Below, piece by piece: positions 40,749 through 51,938 of a DNA stretch of 64,000 nucleotides. Origin of the DNA: Bacteroidales bacterium. GTDB lineage: Bacteria; Bacteroidota; Bacteroidia; Bacteroidales; UBA7960. The notes beneath the pieces were generated by a model that was not told where the DNA came from, ran no database searches, and saw only the letters and a program-made list of their open reading frames with translations. Position 1 is the stretch's first letter. Every line of letters starts with the position of its first letter. The stretch is taken from contig JAWLDT010000002.1 of NCBI GenBank assembly GCA_041686485.1, forward strand, positions 22,492 to 86,491, given 5' to 3'. A program made the translations under genes and the position numbers.

Positions 40749-42848
40749 TTACGATTTAACGCCATATAGTTTTTCAATAACCTCATCTGCAATATCTCGT
40801 GGAACTTCCTGAAATTCTGAAAATTCCATTGTCGACATGGCACGGCCGCTGGTGAGCGTACGTAATGAGGTTACATAACCAAACATTTCCGCCAATGGTA
40901 CCTGCGCATTCACCACCTGCAGGTTAGCCCTTGAGCCGATATCATTCAGATGTCCCCTGCGGCGATTAATATCACCAACCACATCCCCCAGGTATTCTTC
41001 AGGGGTAACCACTTCGAGCTGCATTACTGGTTCAAGCAATACAGACTTTGCTTTTTTACATGCATTTTTGTAGGCGATCTTGGCAGCCAGCTCAAAGGAG
41101 AGGGCATCAGAGTCAACACTGTGATATGATCCATCCAGCAGCCTGACCTTTAAGTTATCCAGCGGATAGCCTGCCAAAACCCCATTTTGCATGGCATTCT
41201 TAAACCCTTTCTCTATGGCCGGTATAAATTCTTTGGGGATATTGCCGCCTTTCACTTGATCGATAAACTGAAGTCCGGAGACACCTTCATCCGCCGGACC
41301 AACCTCGACTTCCAAATCGGCAAATTTTCCTTTACCGCCAGTCTGTTTCTTGTAAACCTCACGATGCTTAACCGTAGTGGTAATGGCTTCTTTATAGGCA
41401 ACCTGAGGAGCTCCCTGGTTGGCAGCCACTTTAAACTCACGCTGCAGTCTGTCAAGGAGTATATCTAAATGCAACTCACCCATTCCGCTGATAATGGTCT
41501 GGCCACTATCGGGGTCAGTCTGTACTATAAAAGTCGGATCCTCCTCAGAAAGCTTGGTCAGGGCAACATTCAGTTTATCCAGGTCTGCCTGGGTCTTGGG
41601 TTCAATAGCAACACTGACCACAGGCTCCGGGAAATTCATGGATTCAAGCAGGATCGGGTGCTTTTCATCACAGAGTGAATCACCGGTGTGTATATTTTTA
41701 AAGCCAACAGCTGCTCCAATATCTCCCGCTTCTATCTTTTCGATCGGATTTTGTTTGTTGGCATGCATTTGCAGGATACGTGATATGCGTTCCTTCTTTT
41801 TTGTTGAGGCATTCCATACGTAGGAACCGGCATTGAGTGAGCCACTATATACACGGAAGAAGCAAAGCCGACCAACATAGGGGTCTGTGGCAATTTTAAA
41901 AGCCAGGGCAGCAAACGGCTCTCTGGCATCAGCCTTGCGCGTCTCAACAGCTTCAGTCTTTGGATTCAACCCTTCAATGGCTTCCACATCCATCGGGGAA
42001 GGCAAAAACTTTACGACGGCATCCAGCAATGCCTGTATTCCTTTATTTTTAAATGCTGATCCGCAGAGGACAGGCGTTATCCTGCGATCGATCGTGGCTT
42101 TACGAATAATGGAGATCATCTCCGTTTCGGAGATTGAATCCGGGTCTTCAAAAAACTTCTCAAGGAGCTGTTCACTTTCCTCTGCGCAACCTTCTACCAG
42201 GCTGGCCCGGTACCTTGTAACGGTATCCTTCAGATCATCCGGTATAGGCACTTCAATAAATTTTGCTCCAAGGCTCTGGTCTTCCCATACAAAGGCTTTA
42301 TTGGTAATAAGGTCAACAACGCCTTTAAATTCATCCTCGTAACCAATGGGTACTTGCAGTGGAACCGCATTCATTCCGAGGCGTTCCCTGATCTTATCCA
42401 CCACACCAAAAAAATCTGCCCCGGCACGGTCCATCTTATTGATGAAACTAATACGGGGCACACCATATTTATCGGCCTGGCGCCAGACTGTTTCTGACTG
42501 TGGCTCAACACCTCCGACAGCACAAAACAGGGCAATTGCACCATCGAGCACACGCAGGCTTCTTTCAACCTCAACGGTAAAATCCACGTGCCCGGGGGTG
42601 TCGATGATATTTACTTTATAATCAGTATCCTGATAATTCCAGTACGTTGTAGTGGCAGCAGAGGTTATGGTTATACCACGCTCCTGCTCCTGCACCATCC
42701 AATCCATGGTTGCGGAGCCATCATGGGTCTCACCCAAACGGTGTTTAATACCGGTATAAAACAATATCCGCTCAGTAGCGGTTGTTTTACCGGCATCAAT
42801 GTGCGCCATGATACCTATATTGCGTGTATGTGTTAAATCTCTTGCCAT
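40749..42848 (-). CDS. fusA: elongation factor G
   Basis: [21 protein letters not shown]...DTPGHVDF, 699 aa, located between rpsG and rpsJ. Confidence 0.97.
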   Translation of the reverse strand: MARDLTHTRNIGIMAHIDAGKTTATERILFYTGIKHRLGETHDGSATMDWMVQEQERGITITSAATTTYWNYQDTDYKVNIIDTPGHVDFTVEVERSLRVLDGAIALFCAVGGVEPQSETVWRQADKYGVPRISFINKMDRAGADFFGVVDKIRERLGMNAVPLQVPIGYEDEFKGVVDLITNKAFVWEDQSLGAKFIEVPIPDDLKDTVTRYRASLVEGCAEESEQLLEKFFEDPDSISETEMISIIRKATIDRRITPVLCGSAFKNKGIQALLDAVVKFLPSPMDVEAIEGLNPKTEAVETRKADAREPFAALAFKIATDPYVGRLCFFRVYSGSLNAGSYVWNASTKKKERISRILQMHANKQNPIEKIEAGDIGAAVGFKNIHTGDSLCDEKHPILLESMNFPEPVVSVAIEPKTQADLDKLNVALTKLSEEDPTFIVQTDPDSGQTIISGMGELHLDILLDRLQREFKVAANQGAPQVAYKEAITTTVKHREVYKKQTGGKGKFADLEVEVGPADEGVSGLQFIDQVKGGNIPKEFIPAIEKGFKNAMQNGVLAGYPLDNLKVRLLDGSYHSVDSDALSFELAAKIAYKNACKKAKSVLLEPVMQLEVVTPEEYLGDVVGDINRRRGHLNDIGSRANLQVVNAQVPLAEMFGYVTSLRTLTSGRAMSTMEFSEFQEVPRDIADEVIEKLYGVKS

Positions 42849-42873
42849 TTATGTTAAAAACGATTTCGCTTTT

Positions 42874-43341
42874 TTAAAACCTGAAGTGGGAGAAGGCTTT
42901 GTTGGCATCGGCCATCCGATGCGTATCTTCCTTACGTTTGAAGGCGGCACCTTCTTCCTTGCTGGCAGCAATAATTTCACCGGCCAGCTTGGCGGCCATA
43001 CCCTTCTCATTACGCTTGCGGGCGAATTTGATCAGGTTTTTGATACCAACGGATATTTTTCTGTCCGGACGTATTTCTGCCGGAATCTGAAAGGTGGCAC
43101 CACCAATACGGCGGCTGCGAACCTCAACGGCAGGAGTTACATTAGCCAACGCTTTTTTAAAGAGTTCCAGGCCATCTTCATTTGTTTTTTCAGAAACAAT
43201 ATCAATGGCATCATAAAAAATGTTGTATGCCAGATTTTTCTTCCCCCGCAACATCATATTGTTCACAAAACGGGTCACCAGTGTGTCATTAAACCTGGGG
43301 TCCGGAAGCAGGATGCGCTTTTTGGGTTTTGTTTTTCTCAT
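42874..43341 (-). CDS. rpsG: 30S ribosomal protein S7
   Basis: [24 protein letters not shown]. Confidence 0.97.
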   Translation of the reverse strand: MRKTKPKKRILLPDPRFNDTLVTRFVNNMMLRGKKNLAYNIFYDAIDIVSEKTNEDGLELFKKALANVTPAVEVRSRRIGGATFQIPAEIRPDRKISVGIKNLIKFARKRNEKGMAAKLAGEIIAASKEEGAAFKRKEDTHRMADANKAFSHFRF

Positions 43342-43373
43342 GGGTCCTGTTAAATTTTATCTGCTGGATCAAA

Positions 43374-43754
43374 CTATTTTTTTGCCTTTGGCCTCTTGGT
43401 TCCATATTTGGACCGGCGCTGATTTCGTCCTTCAACACCGCTCGTGTCAAGGGCACCCCTTACAATATGATACCTTACACCAGGCAGGTCCTTCACCCTG
43501 CCACCACGCAACAATACAATGGAGTGCTCCTGAAGGTTATGTCCCTCGCCGGGAATATAGGCATTCACTTCACGCCCATTGGTCAATCTGACCCTGGCAA
43601 CCTTACGCATGGCAGAATTAGGTTTTTTGGGCGTTGTGGTATAAACACGAACACAAACCCCCCTGCGCTGCGGACAAGACTCCAATGCTGGTGAATCACT
43701 CTTATAGGTTACTTGCCGGCGTCCCTTTCGAACCAATTGCTGAATTGTTGGCAT
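43374..43754 (-). CDS. rpsL: 30S ribosomal protein S12
   Basis: [12 protein letters not shown]...[20 protein letters not shown]. Confidence 0.97.
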   Translation of the reverse strand: MPTIQQLVRKGRRQVTYKSDSPALESCPQRRGVCVRVYTTTPKKPNSAMRKVARVRLTNGREVNAYIPGEGHNLQEHSIVLLRGGRVKDLPGVRYHIVRGALDTSGVEGRNQRRSKYGTKRPKAKK

Positions 43755-43840
43755 ACGATTATTTTATAATGATTAATAAAAAATTGCGTTTCTGCTGTTT
43801 TAATACTTTAAAATCAACCCTTTCCGTTTTTTTGGGAGTG

Positions 43841-43848
43841 CAAAGGTA
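43841..43848 (-). promoter_or_regulatory. proximal -7 motif TACCTTTG upstream of rpsL
   Basis: TAnnTTTG on the minus strand, about 87 nt upstream of the rpsL ATG. Confidence 0.45.
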
Positions 43849-43949
43849 GAAGTTATTTTTTGAAAACCAATATGGTTTGGCAAATATTTTATCTTTTCAC
43901 CCAAATCTTCTTGTATCGGAAGTTGCCGCTACCCCCTTTTTGAAGGGCA

Positions 43950-43957
43950 CAAAGATA
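43950..43957 (-). promoter_or_regulatory. distal -7 motif TATCTTTG upstream of rpsL
   Basis: TAnnTTTG on the minus strand, about 196 nt upstream of the rpsL ATG and just downstream of the peptidase terminator. Confidence 0.4.
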
Positions 43958-44005
43958 GGAAAATTTTTATAAAATTTAAGAAAATTTCCATCCCAAACCA
44001 TAAAT

Positions 44006-44043
44006 AATAAAAACTGCCGCCACATGCAGGAAGTTGGCGACAG
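44006..44043 (-). terminator. rho-independent terminator after the S9-like peptidase gene
   Basis: Minus strand CTGTCGCCA-acttcctgcatg-TGGCGGCAG (9-bp stem, one mismatch), followed by TTTTTATTATTT. Confidence 0.6.
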
Positions 44044-44063
44044 TTTATATAAACAGCCAGTGA

Positions 44064-45161
44064 CTAGAACCTGTAAGCCGCTTTTTCCATATCTTCAAGC
44101 TCATCAAACGGCCTGGGTGGATTCAGGTACTGCCCCAAAAATTCATATATTTTGAAACGTATTTCCCGTCCGCGACGGTGATCCATACGGTCAAAAGAAT
44201 GTCCGCCGGGAATCTCTTCATATATACGATATTCAAAATCTTTGTCATTTGCCTTAAGGGTGTTGATCAGGTTCTCAACCTCCAGCACATGCACATCTTC
44301 ATCGATGGTATTGGTATGAATGAGCAAGGGGACATCCAGTTTGTGGGCATGAAATACCGGAGACCGCCGGCGGTACTCATCCATATCCTCATGAACCCCT
44401 TTGCCGATATGGTGGTCAGCAGCAAACCAGTCATTTTCATAGGCCGGCCTTTTATAACCCATCCGGGCTATCAGGTCACTTACCGGAACGCCGGCAAAAA
44501 CAGCCTCAAAATCACCCGGGTTCTCAAAAGCGTTCATAAGAGAGATCATCCCGCCATGACTCCATCCTATCATACCAACCCGGTCAGAATCTACCATATC
44601 ATAATTCTCCAGCATCAACTCCATACTTTTATACACATCTTCATTCTCCAGTCCACCATAATCAATCAATTGGTGATGACCCTTCCCATAACCCGTGCTG
44701 CCGCGATATTCAGGTGCCACCACAATATATTGCTGTGCCATCAACTCACGGATAATATGTGTATAATACGTGTTGAAGTCACCATGCACGCCACCATGCG
44801 GGAATACAAGCAAAGGATACTCCCCTGAAGGGTCTATGTCTTTGGGAATAAAGACATAAGTCCAGAATTTAATAGGGTTTTTCCCACGAAGGGTAGTAGC
44901 CTCAGCGGCATCCCGGGGCCGCGCACCGGCCATAAAAAGCTTGTCAATATAGGCAACATCACCCACCACTTTATGCCACATCACATCATCAATCGCCTTT
45001 TCCAGCACATCAAACCGATAGCTGAGATCTTTTATCTCTTCCATCATTGCTTCCTGGTTCTGAAGAATTTGTTCTTCCGGAAACTGTGCTTTTACATTGC
45101 CACCTGTAAGCAGAAGCGCACAAACAAGTAACATGAATGAAAAACGGGTAAAATAATCCAT
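44064..45161 (-). CDS. exported alpha/beta hydrolase, prolyl oligopeptidase (S9)-like serine peptidase
   Basis: Signal peptide, nucleophile elbow GWSHGG, later IDEDVHV and PGGHSF (putative Asp and His). Confidence 0.8.
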   Translation of the reverse strand: MDYFTRFSFMLLVCALLLTGGNVKAQFPEEQILQNQEAMMEEIKDLSYRFDVLEKAIDDVMWHKVVGDVAYIDKLFMAGARPRDAAEATTLRGKNPIKFWTYVFIPKDIDPSGEYPLLVFPHGGVHGDFNTYYTHIIRELMAQQYIVVAPEYRGSTGYGKGHHQLIDYGGLENEDVYKSMELMLENYDMVDSDRVGMIGWSHGGMISLMNAFENPGDFEAVFAGVPVSDLIARMGYKRPAYENDWFAADHHIGKGVHEDMDEYRRRSPVFHAHKLDVPLLIHTNTIDEDVHVLEVENLINTLKANDKDFEYRIYEEIPGGHSFDRMDHRRGREIRFKIYEFLGQYLNPPRPFDELEDMEKAAYRF

Positions 45162-45206
45162 AGGACAACATGTTTTATTGGTTCATACCATTATGATTTT
45201 ATGCAT

Positions 45207-45214
45207 CAAAAATA
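45207..45214 (-). promoter_or_regulatory. -7 motif TATTTTTG for the peptidase gene
   Basis: TAnnTTTG on the minus strand, 46 nt upstream of the ATG at 45161. Confidence 0.4.
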
Positions 45215-45443
45215 TGAAATCGACCGGAATATAAAAAGAATCAAAATGTGTTGCCGGATCCTAACTGATGCATAACCAACTTTGACCATGGCTTTGGCAC
45301 TAAATTATCGTAAAAAACACATTAAACAGGTACATTGAACCCTCTGAGAAGGCCAATCCAACATGAACCCTTCCCCAATAGCATCTCAAATGCTAACCAT
45401 GTGATCCGTGTTGGAATGGGATATATCCGGCGGACAATTTTGC

Positions 45444-45451
45444 TATCTTTG
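45444..45451 (+). promoter_or_regulatory. -7 motif TATCTTTG for the helicase gene
   Basis: TAnnTTTG 46 nt upstream of the ATG at 45497. Confidence 0.45.
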
Positions 45452-45496
45452 CAATTCTAAAAAGCACTCAAGCTGTTATAACGATATACCAAATCT

Positions 45497-47791
45497 ATGG
45501 CGGAGTTTCTAAAAGCGCTTAATGAGCCACAACAGCAGGCAGTAAAGCAGACGGAGGGTCCCGTGATGGTGATTGCCGGTGCGGGAAGTGGAAAAACCCG
45601 GGTATTGACATACAGGGTAGCCTATCTGCTCAGCCTGGGCGTTGCCCCATATCATGTTCTGGCACTGACCTTCACCAACAAAGCGGCCCGGGAAATGCGC
45701 GAACGGGTGGCTGGCCTGGTTGATGCCTCCAGCGCAAAAGGGCTTTGGATGGGCACCTTTCATAGTACCTTTGCCAGAATACTGCGCGCAGAAGCTGACA
45801 AACTAAACTATCCATCGCACTTCACCATTTATGACACGGATGATTCCAAACGTGTTATCCGAAACATCATTAAAGAACAGAACCTGGATGACAAAACCTA
45901 CCAGCCATCTTTTGTGCTGAACCGCATTTCAAATGCCAAAAACAATTTAATCTCAGCTGCTGATTACAACGAAGATGTTGAGATCCAGAGCCATGACACC
46001 CAAAGCCGGAAACCAAAGCTGGGCTTGATCTACAGTCTCTACCAGCAAAGGCTGCAGAAAGCATCAGCCATGGACTTCGACGACCTTTTGTTCAACACCA
46101 ACGTATTGCTGCGCGACTTCCCGGATGTCTTATACAAATACCAGAAGCGTTTTCAGTATATCCTGGTCGATGAGTACCAGGACACCAACTTCTCCCAGTA
46201 TTTAATTGTCAAGAAGCTGGCCGCGAACAATGAAAATCTTTGTGTGGTGGGCGATGATGCACAGAGCATTTATGCCTTTCGTGGCGCCAACATTCAAAAC
46301 ATCCTGAATTTCAAAAATGATTATCCGGATTATGCACTCTATAAACTGGAACAAAATTACCGTTCGACAAAACATATCGTATCCGCTGCAAACAGCCTGA
46401 TTGCGCATAACAAAGACCAGTTGCACAAAAAAGTGTGGACAGAAAACCAGCCCGGAGAAAAGATTCATATCATAAAAACCGCCAATGAGGGAGAGGAAGC
46501 CACCTGGATCGCGGGACGGATTTTTGAGGTCATTCAACAAAAGCAGCTTCCCAACAGCGATTTTGCAATCTTATACCGTACCAACGCCCAATCCAGGGCT
46601 CTGGAAGAAGCTCTCCGGCGTATCAATATTCCATATCGCATATTTGGCGGGGTATCCTTTTACCAGCGAAAAGAGATTAAAGACCTTTTAGCCTATTTCC
46701 GGCTGGTGATCAATCCCATGGATGAAGATGCCCTGTTGCGGACGATAAATTTTCCGGCAAGGGGGATCGGCACTACCACGGTCAACAAGCTGGTGGTGGC
46801 CGCCAATGAGTCGGGCAGTCCATTATGGAATGTGGCAGAAGCCCCCCTGAATCATGGTGTGAGGGTTCATAGTGGCGTGATCCGCAAATTGTCGGAATTT
46901 ATTATGATGATCAGGAGTTTTCATGCCCGCTTGTTTAAAATGGACGCATATGCGCTGGGGGAGCACATCGTGAACCAGACAGGGATACGGAAGTTGTATT
47001 TTGAAGATGGCACACCAGAAAGTCAGAACCGCCGGGAAAACATAGAAGAGTTGCTGAGTGGCCTGAAAGATTTTGTGACAACACCTGACGAGGGTGAAGA
47101 ACAACCACCCTTGCGCACTTTGGATGAATTTATGCAGGATATTGCCCTGCTTACGGATGCGGATACCAAACAGGATACACCCGATGATACCAATAAAGTT
47201 TCGCTGATGACCCTCCACGCGGCAAAAGGACTTGAATTCCCCTATGTGTTTATCACCGGTGTAGAAGAAAACCTTTTCCCGTCACAAATGTCGATGAACA
47301 GCAAGGCTGAGCTTGAAGAGGAAAGGAGGCTGTTTTATGTTGGTCTGACAAGATCCATGGTACAGGCAACTGTTAGTTATGCAGAAACACGCTTTCGCTT
47401 TGGCAACTTCAATATGTGTGAAGCCAGCCGGTTTATTGATGAGCTGGATCCGGAATATGTCCATTACCTATCCACGCCTGAAAACATGCGCAAAAGACCG
47501 GCGGGTCAGCAGGAAAGCTTTAAAGAGAGCTTTCAACGCTTTAAAAAAGTTACATCAGATAACCATTCCATAACAAGAAAACCGACTGACACAAATGAGA
47601 GTAGTGGCTATGCCATCCTGGACCCGGAAGCTTTACAGGTAGACATGGAGGTGAAACACCAGCGCTTTGGTAAAGGTCGTGTAACAGCCCTTGAAGGAGA
47701 AGGGCAAAACGCCAAAGCCACAGTTGCTTTTGCCGGGACAGGGAAAAAACAATTATTGCTAAAATATGCAAGGCTTATCATTTTAGAATGA
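45497..47791 (+). CDS. ATP-dependent DNA helicase, UvrD/PcrA/Rep family
   Basis: LNEPQQQAV...AGAGSGKTRVLTYR (motif I), VDEYQDTN (motif II), LMTLHAAKGLEFPYVF, and a C-terminal UvrD_C_2-like tail. Confidence 0.93.
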   Translation: MAEFLKALNEPQQQAVKQTEGPVMVIAGAGSGKTRVLTYRVAYLLSLGVAPYHVLALTFTNKAAREMRERVAGLVDASSAKGLWMGTFHSTFARILRAEADKLNYPSHFTIYDTDDSKRVIRNIIKEQNLDDKTYQPSFVLNRISNAKNNLISAADYNEDVEIQSHDTQSRKPKLGLIYSLYQQRLQKASAMDFDDLLFNTNVLLRDFPDVLYKYQKRFQYILVDEYQDTNFSQYLIVKKLAANNENLCVVGDDAQSIYAFRGANIQNILNFKNDYPDYALYKLEQNYRSTKHIVSAANSLIAHNKDQLHKKVWTENQPGEKIHIIKTANEGEEATWIAGRIFEVIQQKQLPNSDFAILYRTNAQSRALEEALRRINIPYRIFGGVSFYQRKEIKDLLAYFRLVINPMDEDALLRTINFPARGIGTTTVNKLVVAANESGSPLWNVAEAPLNHGVRVHSGVIRKLSEFIMMIRSFHARLFKMDAYALGEHIVNQTGIRKLYFEDGTPESQNRRENIEELLSGLKDFVTTPDEGEEQPPLRTLDEFMQDIALLTDADTKQDTPDDTNKVSLMTLHAAKGLEFPYVFITGVEENLFPSQMSMNSKAELEEERRLFYVGLTRSMVQATVSYAETRFRFGNFNMCEASRFIDELDPEYVHYLSTPENMRKRPAGQQESFKESFQRFKKVTSDNHSITRKPTDTNESSGYAILDPEALQVDMEVKHQRFGKGRVTALEGEGQNAKATVAFAGTGKKQLLLKYARLIILE

Positions 47792-47820
47792 CCAAACACT
47801 GATATGTCATTAGAATTCAT

Positions 47821-47828
47821 TACTTTTG
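47821..47828 (+). promoter_or_regulatory. -7 motif TACTTTTG
   Basis: TAnnTTTG upstream of the DUF4290-like gene. Confidence 0.4.
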
Positions 47829-47915
47829 CAAAAAAACAAGCCAAATACAACAATACATTTACCTCTCCTGTTTCGGACAAACTGCTGACAACCAGCCTTT
47901 TAAGTTTTCTCAGCC

Positions 47916-48626
47916 ATGGTTTCCGCTTACAACAAAAACGAAACAACCTTAAATGATGATCCGGCATCCAATGCCTCAACACAACATCCACATATGGAAT
48001 ATAACACAACCCGTTCAAAAATGAATATCACCGAATATGGTCGGAATATTCAGAAAATGATAGAATATATCAGGTCGGTAGAAGACCGTGAAAGAAGAAA
48101 CAAGCTGGCCAGGGCCACCATTAATGTAATGGGGCAATTAAATCCGCATCTGCGCGATGTAAATGATTTCAAGCATAAGTTGTGGGACCATCTGTTTATC
48201 ATGGCTGATTTTGATCTTGATGTAGACTCACCCTACCCATTACCGTCGCGTGAGACCCTGACCCGAAAACCAGAGCCACTTCAATATGCCAGCAACAATA
48301 TTACCTTTAAACATTATGGGCGTCACATTGAAAAGATGATTGAAAAAGCATCGGAACTGGAAGACGGGCCTATGAAAGAAACCCTTATCAAGTTGATTGC
48401 CAATCATATGAAAAAATCCTACCTGACCTGGAACCGGGAGACGGTAAGCGACGAAGAAATTGCCGGGCATCTGTCCATCATGTCAAACGGGAAACTTACC
48501 CTTCAGGATCACGTGAAGTTGAGCGAAACCAATGATATATTGTCAAAGGGCAAAAAGAAGAAATACCAGAGCAGCAAACAAAGTGGCGGTAAATACCACA
48601 ATCACAAAGTCAGAAAAAACCAATAA
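47916..48626 (+). CDS. DUF4290-like protein (conserved Bacteroidota partner of murA)
   Basis: MEYNTTRSKMNITEYGRNIQKMIEY block. The start may be the ATG at 47994 rather than 47916. Lies immediately upstream of murA. Confidence 0.7.
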   Translation: MVSAYNKNETTLNDDPASNASTQHPHMEYNTTRSKMNITEYGRNIQKMIEYIRSVEDRERRNKLARATINVMGQLNPHLRDVNDFKHKLWDHLFIMADFDLDVDSPYPLPSRETLTRKPEPLQYASNNITFKHYGRHIEKMIEKASELEDGPMKETLIKLIANHMKKSYLTWNRETVSDEEIAGHLSIMSNGKLTLQDHVKLSETNDILSKGKKKKYQSSKQSGGKYHNHKVRKNQ

Positions 48627-48708
48627 CCATTAACGGGCCCTGGCTGAACAACAAACAGACGCCCCGATATCCTCATTTCAAAGTTTTTTATAGCAAAAAG
48701 GAACAATT

Positions 48709-50013
48709 ATGGATGCTTTTGAAATACATGGAGGCAAACAATTACAGGGGGAGATTATCCCCCAGGGTGCCAAAAATGAAGCACTTCAGGTAATTTGTGC
48801 AACATTGCTTACCGATGAGGAGATTGTGATCCATAATATCCCACAGATTCGTGATGTGTTGAAGCTCATAGAGCTGTTATCGGATTTTGGCGTTCACGTA
48901 AACAAAATCGACGAAAGCACTTATGCCTTTAAGGCCAGTAATGTTGATCTGGATCTTTTACATACCGGGCAGTTTCAAAAAAAGGTGGCTCAACTAAGGG
49001 GGTCAGTAATGATCGTTGGACCTTTGCTGGCCAGGTTTCGCCGGGTTTCCATTCCGAAACCGGGTGGCGACAAGATAGGCAGGCGCCGTCTGGACACTCA
49101 TTTCCTGGGACTGGAGAAGTTGGGTGCCAAATTTCATTATGACAGTGAAAAATATGTCTATCATATTGAAGGGAAAAACCTGAAAGGCTGCCATATTTTA
49201 TTGAATGAAGCTTCTGTAACAGGTACGGCGAATGTAGTAATGGCAGCAACGCTGGCCGGGGGGACCACTACCCTTTATAATGCAGCCTGTGAACCATATA
49301 TTCAGCAGCTTTGCCGGATACTAAACCGCATGGGTGCCAATATTTCAGGTATTGGGTCAAACCTGTTAACCATCGAGGGAGTAGATAACCTGAAAGGATG
49401 CAGCCACACCATGCTGCCCGATATGATCGAAATTGGCAGTTTCATTGCCATGGCTGCCATGACCAGATCTGAAATCACGATTAAAAATGTCCGTTATGAC
49501 CAGCTGGGTCTTATTCCGGATGTTTTCAAAAAACTGGGTGTTCTGATGGAAATACGTGATGATGACCTCTACATCCCTTCCATTGACTCTTACGAAGTGG
49601 AAACCTATATCGACGGCAGCATTCTAACTATCAGTGATGCACCCTGGCCCGGCTTTTCGCCGGACCTGCTTAGTGTAATACTCGTGCTTGCCACCCAGGC
49701 CAAAGGCAGCGTACTGGTTCACCAAAAAATGTTTGAAAGCAGACTTTTCTTTGTGGATAAGCTTATCGACATGGGTGCCCAGATCATCCTTTGTGACCCG
49801 CACCGCGCCACAGTAATTGGTCTTGACAGAAAATACCCACTAAGACCACTGGAGATGACATCACCTGACATACGGGCAGGTGTAGCCTTGCTTATAGCCG
49901 CACTCAGCGCCAAAGGCAAAAGCATTATTCATAATATCGAACAGATCGACAGAGGCTATCAGCATATTGACACACGTCTTAAACAGTTGGGTGCGAACAT
50001 TCAAAGAATATAA
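48709..50013 (+). CDS. murA: UDP-N-acetylglucosamine 1-carboxyvinyltransferase
   Basis: GAKNEALQVICATLL...PGGDKIGRRRLDTH. The Asp in the GGDKIG loop sits where many MurA proteins have Cys. Confidence 0.95.
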   Translation: MDAFEIHGGKQLQGEIIPQGAKNEALQVICATLLTDEEIVIHNIPQIRDVLKLIELLSDFGVHVNKIDESTYAFKASNVDLDLLHTGQFQKKVAQLRGSVMIVGPLLARFRRVSIPKPGGDKIGRRRLDTHFLGLEKLGAKFHYDSEKYVYHIEGKNLKGCHILLNEASVTGTANVVMAATLAGGTTTLYNAACEPYIQQLCRILNRMGANISGIGSNLLTIEGVDNLKGCSHTMLPDMIEIGSFIAMAAMTRSEITIKNVRYDQLGLIPDVFKKLGVLMEIRDDDLYIPSIDSYEVETYIDGSILTISDAPWPGFSPDLLSVILVLATQAKGSVLVHQKMFESRLFFVDKLIDMGAQIILCDPHRATVIGLDRKYPLRPLEMTSPDIRAGVALLIAALSAKGKSIIHNIEQIDRGYQHIDTRLKQLGANIQRI

Positions 50014-50108
50014 ACTGACAAAATGGCTTTTTTCCGGTTATGGCAAAGCTTTTGCAGAGCTATGACCGGTTTATATTGAGTCGTATACAATAATAATATA
50101 TCATACAG

Positions 50109-50759
50109 ATGGGAATGAATCAAAAAGAAAAAAAAGATACCAAACAGGAGCATCAGACAGAAAACCAAAATCAGCAGGAACAGCAGGGGGACGGACAGGA
50201 ACATCATCAGGCCGAAAACCCGGAGGCAACAGCTGAAGAATCTGACCGGGATGAGAAAGCAAAAGAACCTTCCGGTGAGATTGGCGACATTAGCGAATAC
50301 AAGCGCAAAATTGAAGCGTTGCAAAAGACGCTTGACGAGACCAATGACAAATTCCTGCGCCTCTTTTCAGAGTTTGACAATTACCGCAAACGGGTTACCA
50401 AAGAACGACTGGAGTTATCCAGGACGGCTGCAGAGAGCATCATCATTGCCCTGCTCCCTGTGCTTGATGACCTGGAAAGGGCAAGCCTGGCGGCAAAAGA
50501 GAAAACAGGAAAAGGAGCCTCCGAAGAAGAAGAAGGCGTGGTTCTTATCTATAATAAATTCAAATCTATCCTGAAGCAAAAGGGAGTGGAAGAGATCCCT
50601 GCTGTCGGACATGATTTCGACACCGATTTGCATGAAGCAGTAAGCCACCAGCCGGCTGAAAGTAAAGAACAAAAAGGCAAGGTGGTTGAAGAGATGCAAA
50701 AGGGATATATATTAAACGGAAAAGTGATTCGCTACGCCCGGGTGGTAGTAGCCAATTAA
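50109..50759 (+). CDS. grpE: nucleotide exchange factor GrpE
   Basis: FLRLFSEFDNYRKRVTKE...FDTDLHEAV...GYILNGKVIRYARVVV. Confidence 0.95.
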   Translation: MGMNQKEKKDTKQEHQTENQNQQEQQGDGQEHHQAENPEATAEESDRDEKAKEPSGEIGDISEYKRKIEALQKTLDETNDKFLRLFSEFDNYRKRVTKERLELSRTAAESIIIALLPVLDDLERASLAAKEKTGKGASEEEEGVVLIYNKFKSILKQKGVEEIPAVGHDFDTDLHEAVSHQPAESKEQKGKVVEEMQKGYILNGKVIRYARVVVAN

Positions 50760-50768
50760 TAGTTCTAT

Positions 50769-51926
50769 ATGGCAAAAAAAGATTATTACGACATATTAGG
50801 TGTTTCGAAGGATGCTTCTCCGGAAGAGATCAAAAAGGCATACCGGAAAATGGCCTTGAAGTATCATCCAGACAAGAATCCCGGAGATGAAACAGCAGAA
50901 GCGCGTTTCAAGGAAGCCGCTGAGGCCTATGAGGTTTTGGGTAATCCGGAGAAACGATCCCGTTATGACCAATATGGTCATGCAGGCCCTGGAAGCGACT
51001 TTGGTGGTGGCTTTGGCGGTGGTATGTCTATGGAGGACATCTTCAGCCAGTTCGGTGACATATTTGGAGGTGCTTTTGGTGGTGGCTTCAGTGGATTTGG
51101 AGAAACAGGCAGGCGTAGTAGCGGCAGGCGCACCCATAAGGGGTCAAACCTCAGGATAAAAGTAAAAGTTACCCTTGAAGATGTCCTGCATGGCGCAGAG
51201 AAAAAGCTCAAAGTCAACAAATATGTGTCATGCAAGGCTTGTGAGGGCACCGGAGCAAAAAACGGCACAGCATACAATACCTGCTCCACATGTAATGGTG
51301 CCGGCAGGGTGACCCGTGTCACAAACACCTTCCTTGGGCAGATGCAAACCGCATCTACTTGCCCGAGTTGTGGTGGAGAAGGCCAGACCATTGAACACAA
51401 ATGCCCCTCCTGCTATGGAAATGGCATCGTAAAAAGCGAGGAAGTCATCAGTGTTAAAATTCCGGCCGGTGTTGAAGATGGTATGCAGCTGGCCCTTAAC
51501 GGCAAAGGAAATGCTGCACCAAGGGGCGGCATCCCAGGTGACCTTATCATACTTGTGGAAGAAAAACCTCACAGCAAGCTCGTACGGGATGGCCAGAATC
51601 TTCTGTATGACCATCATATCAGCTTTCCGCAGGCGGTTTTGGGTACAACGATCGAAGTCCCCACCCTTGAAGGGAAAGCCCGTATCAAGATTGAACCCGG
51701 CACACAAGCAGGTAAGGTACTTCGCCTGAAAGGTAAGGGCCTTCCTTCAGTAAACGGCTATGGACGTGGTGATCTGCTTGTAAATATCAATGTGTGGACT
51801 CCTCAGAAAGTAAGCCCCGAAGAAAAAGAGATGCTCAACCAAATGGAGCAATCCGAACATTTTAAGCCGGATCCCAAAAAATTGGATAAAAATTTCTTCG
51901 AACGCATGAAAAGTGCATTTAACTAA
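50769..51926 (+). CDS. dnaJ: molecular chaperone DnaJ
   Basis: J-domain with HPD (YHPDKNPGD), a G/F region, and four CxxCxGxG motifs ([32 protein letters not shown]). Confidence 0.97.
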   Translation: MAKKDYYDILGVSKDASPEEIKKAYRKMALKYHPDKNPGDETAEARFKEAAEAYEVLGNPEKRSRYDQYGHAGPGSDFGGGFGGGMSMEDIFSQFGDIFGGAFGGGFSGFGETGRRSSGRRTHKGSNLRIKVKVTLEDVLHGAEKKLKVNKYVSCKACEGTGAKNGTAYNTCSTCNGAGRVTRVTNTFLGQMQTASTCPSCGGEGQTIEHKCPSCYGNGIVKSEEVISVKIPAGVEDGMQLALNGKGNAAPRGGIPGDLIILVEEKPHSKLVRDGQNLLYDHHISFPQAVLGTTIEVPTLEGKARIKIEPGTQAGKVLRLKGKGLPSVNGYGRGDLLVNINVWTPQKVSPEEKEMLNQMEQSEHFKPDPKKLDKNFFERMKSAFN

Positions 51927-51938
51927 AAAGGCACCAGC

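Noticed and set aside
25342-43754. Absence of tuf after fusA and of adk between secY and map, considered as possible deletions.
   Set aside because: To my knowledge this is the normal Bacteroidota arrangement (tuf sits with secE-nusG elsewhere), so it is not an anomaly.
45357-45415. Nested inverted repeats (TCCAACA...AGCAT-ctcaa-ATGCT...TGTTGGA) upstream of the helicase promoter.
   Set aside because: The stems are short (5-7 bp) with long unpaired spacers and there is no adjacent promoter or terminator context. This is compatible with chance.
50014-50108. CIRCE-type (TTAGCACTC-N9-GAGTGCTAA) heat-shock operator upstream of grpE.
   Set aside because: The motif is not present. The only feature is a loose CCGGTTAT/CCGGTTTAT direct repeat.
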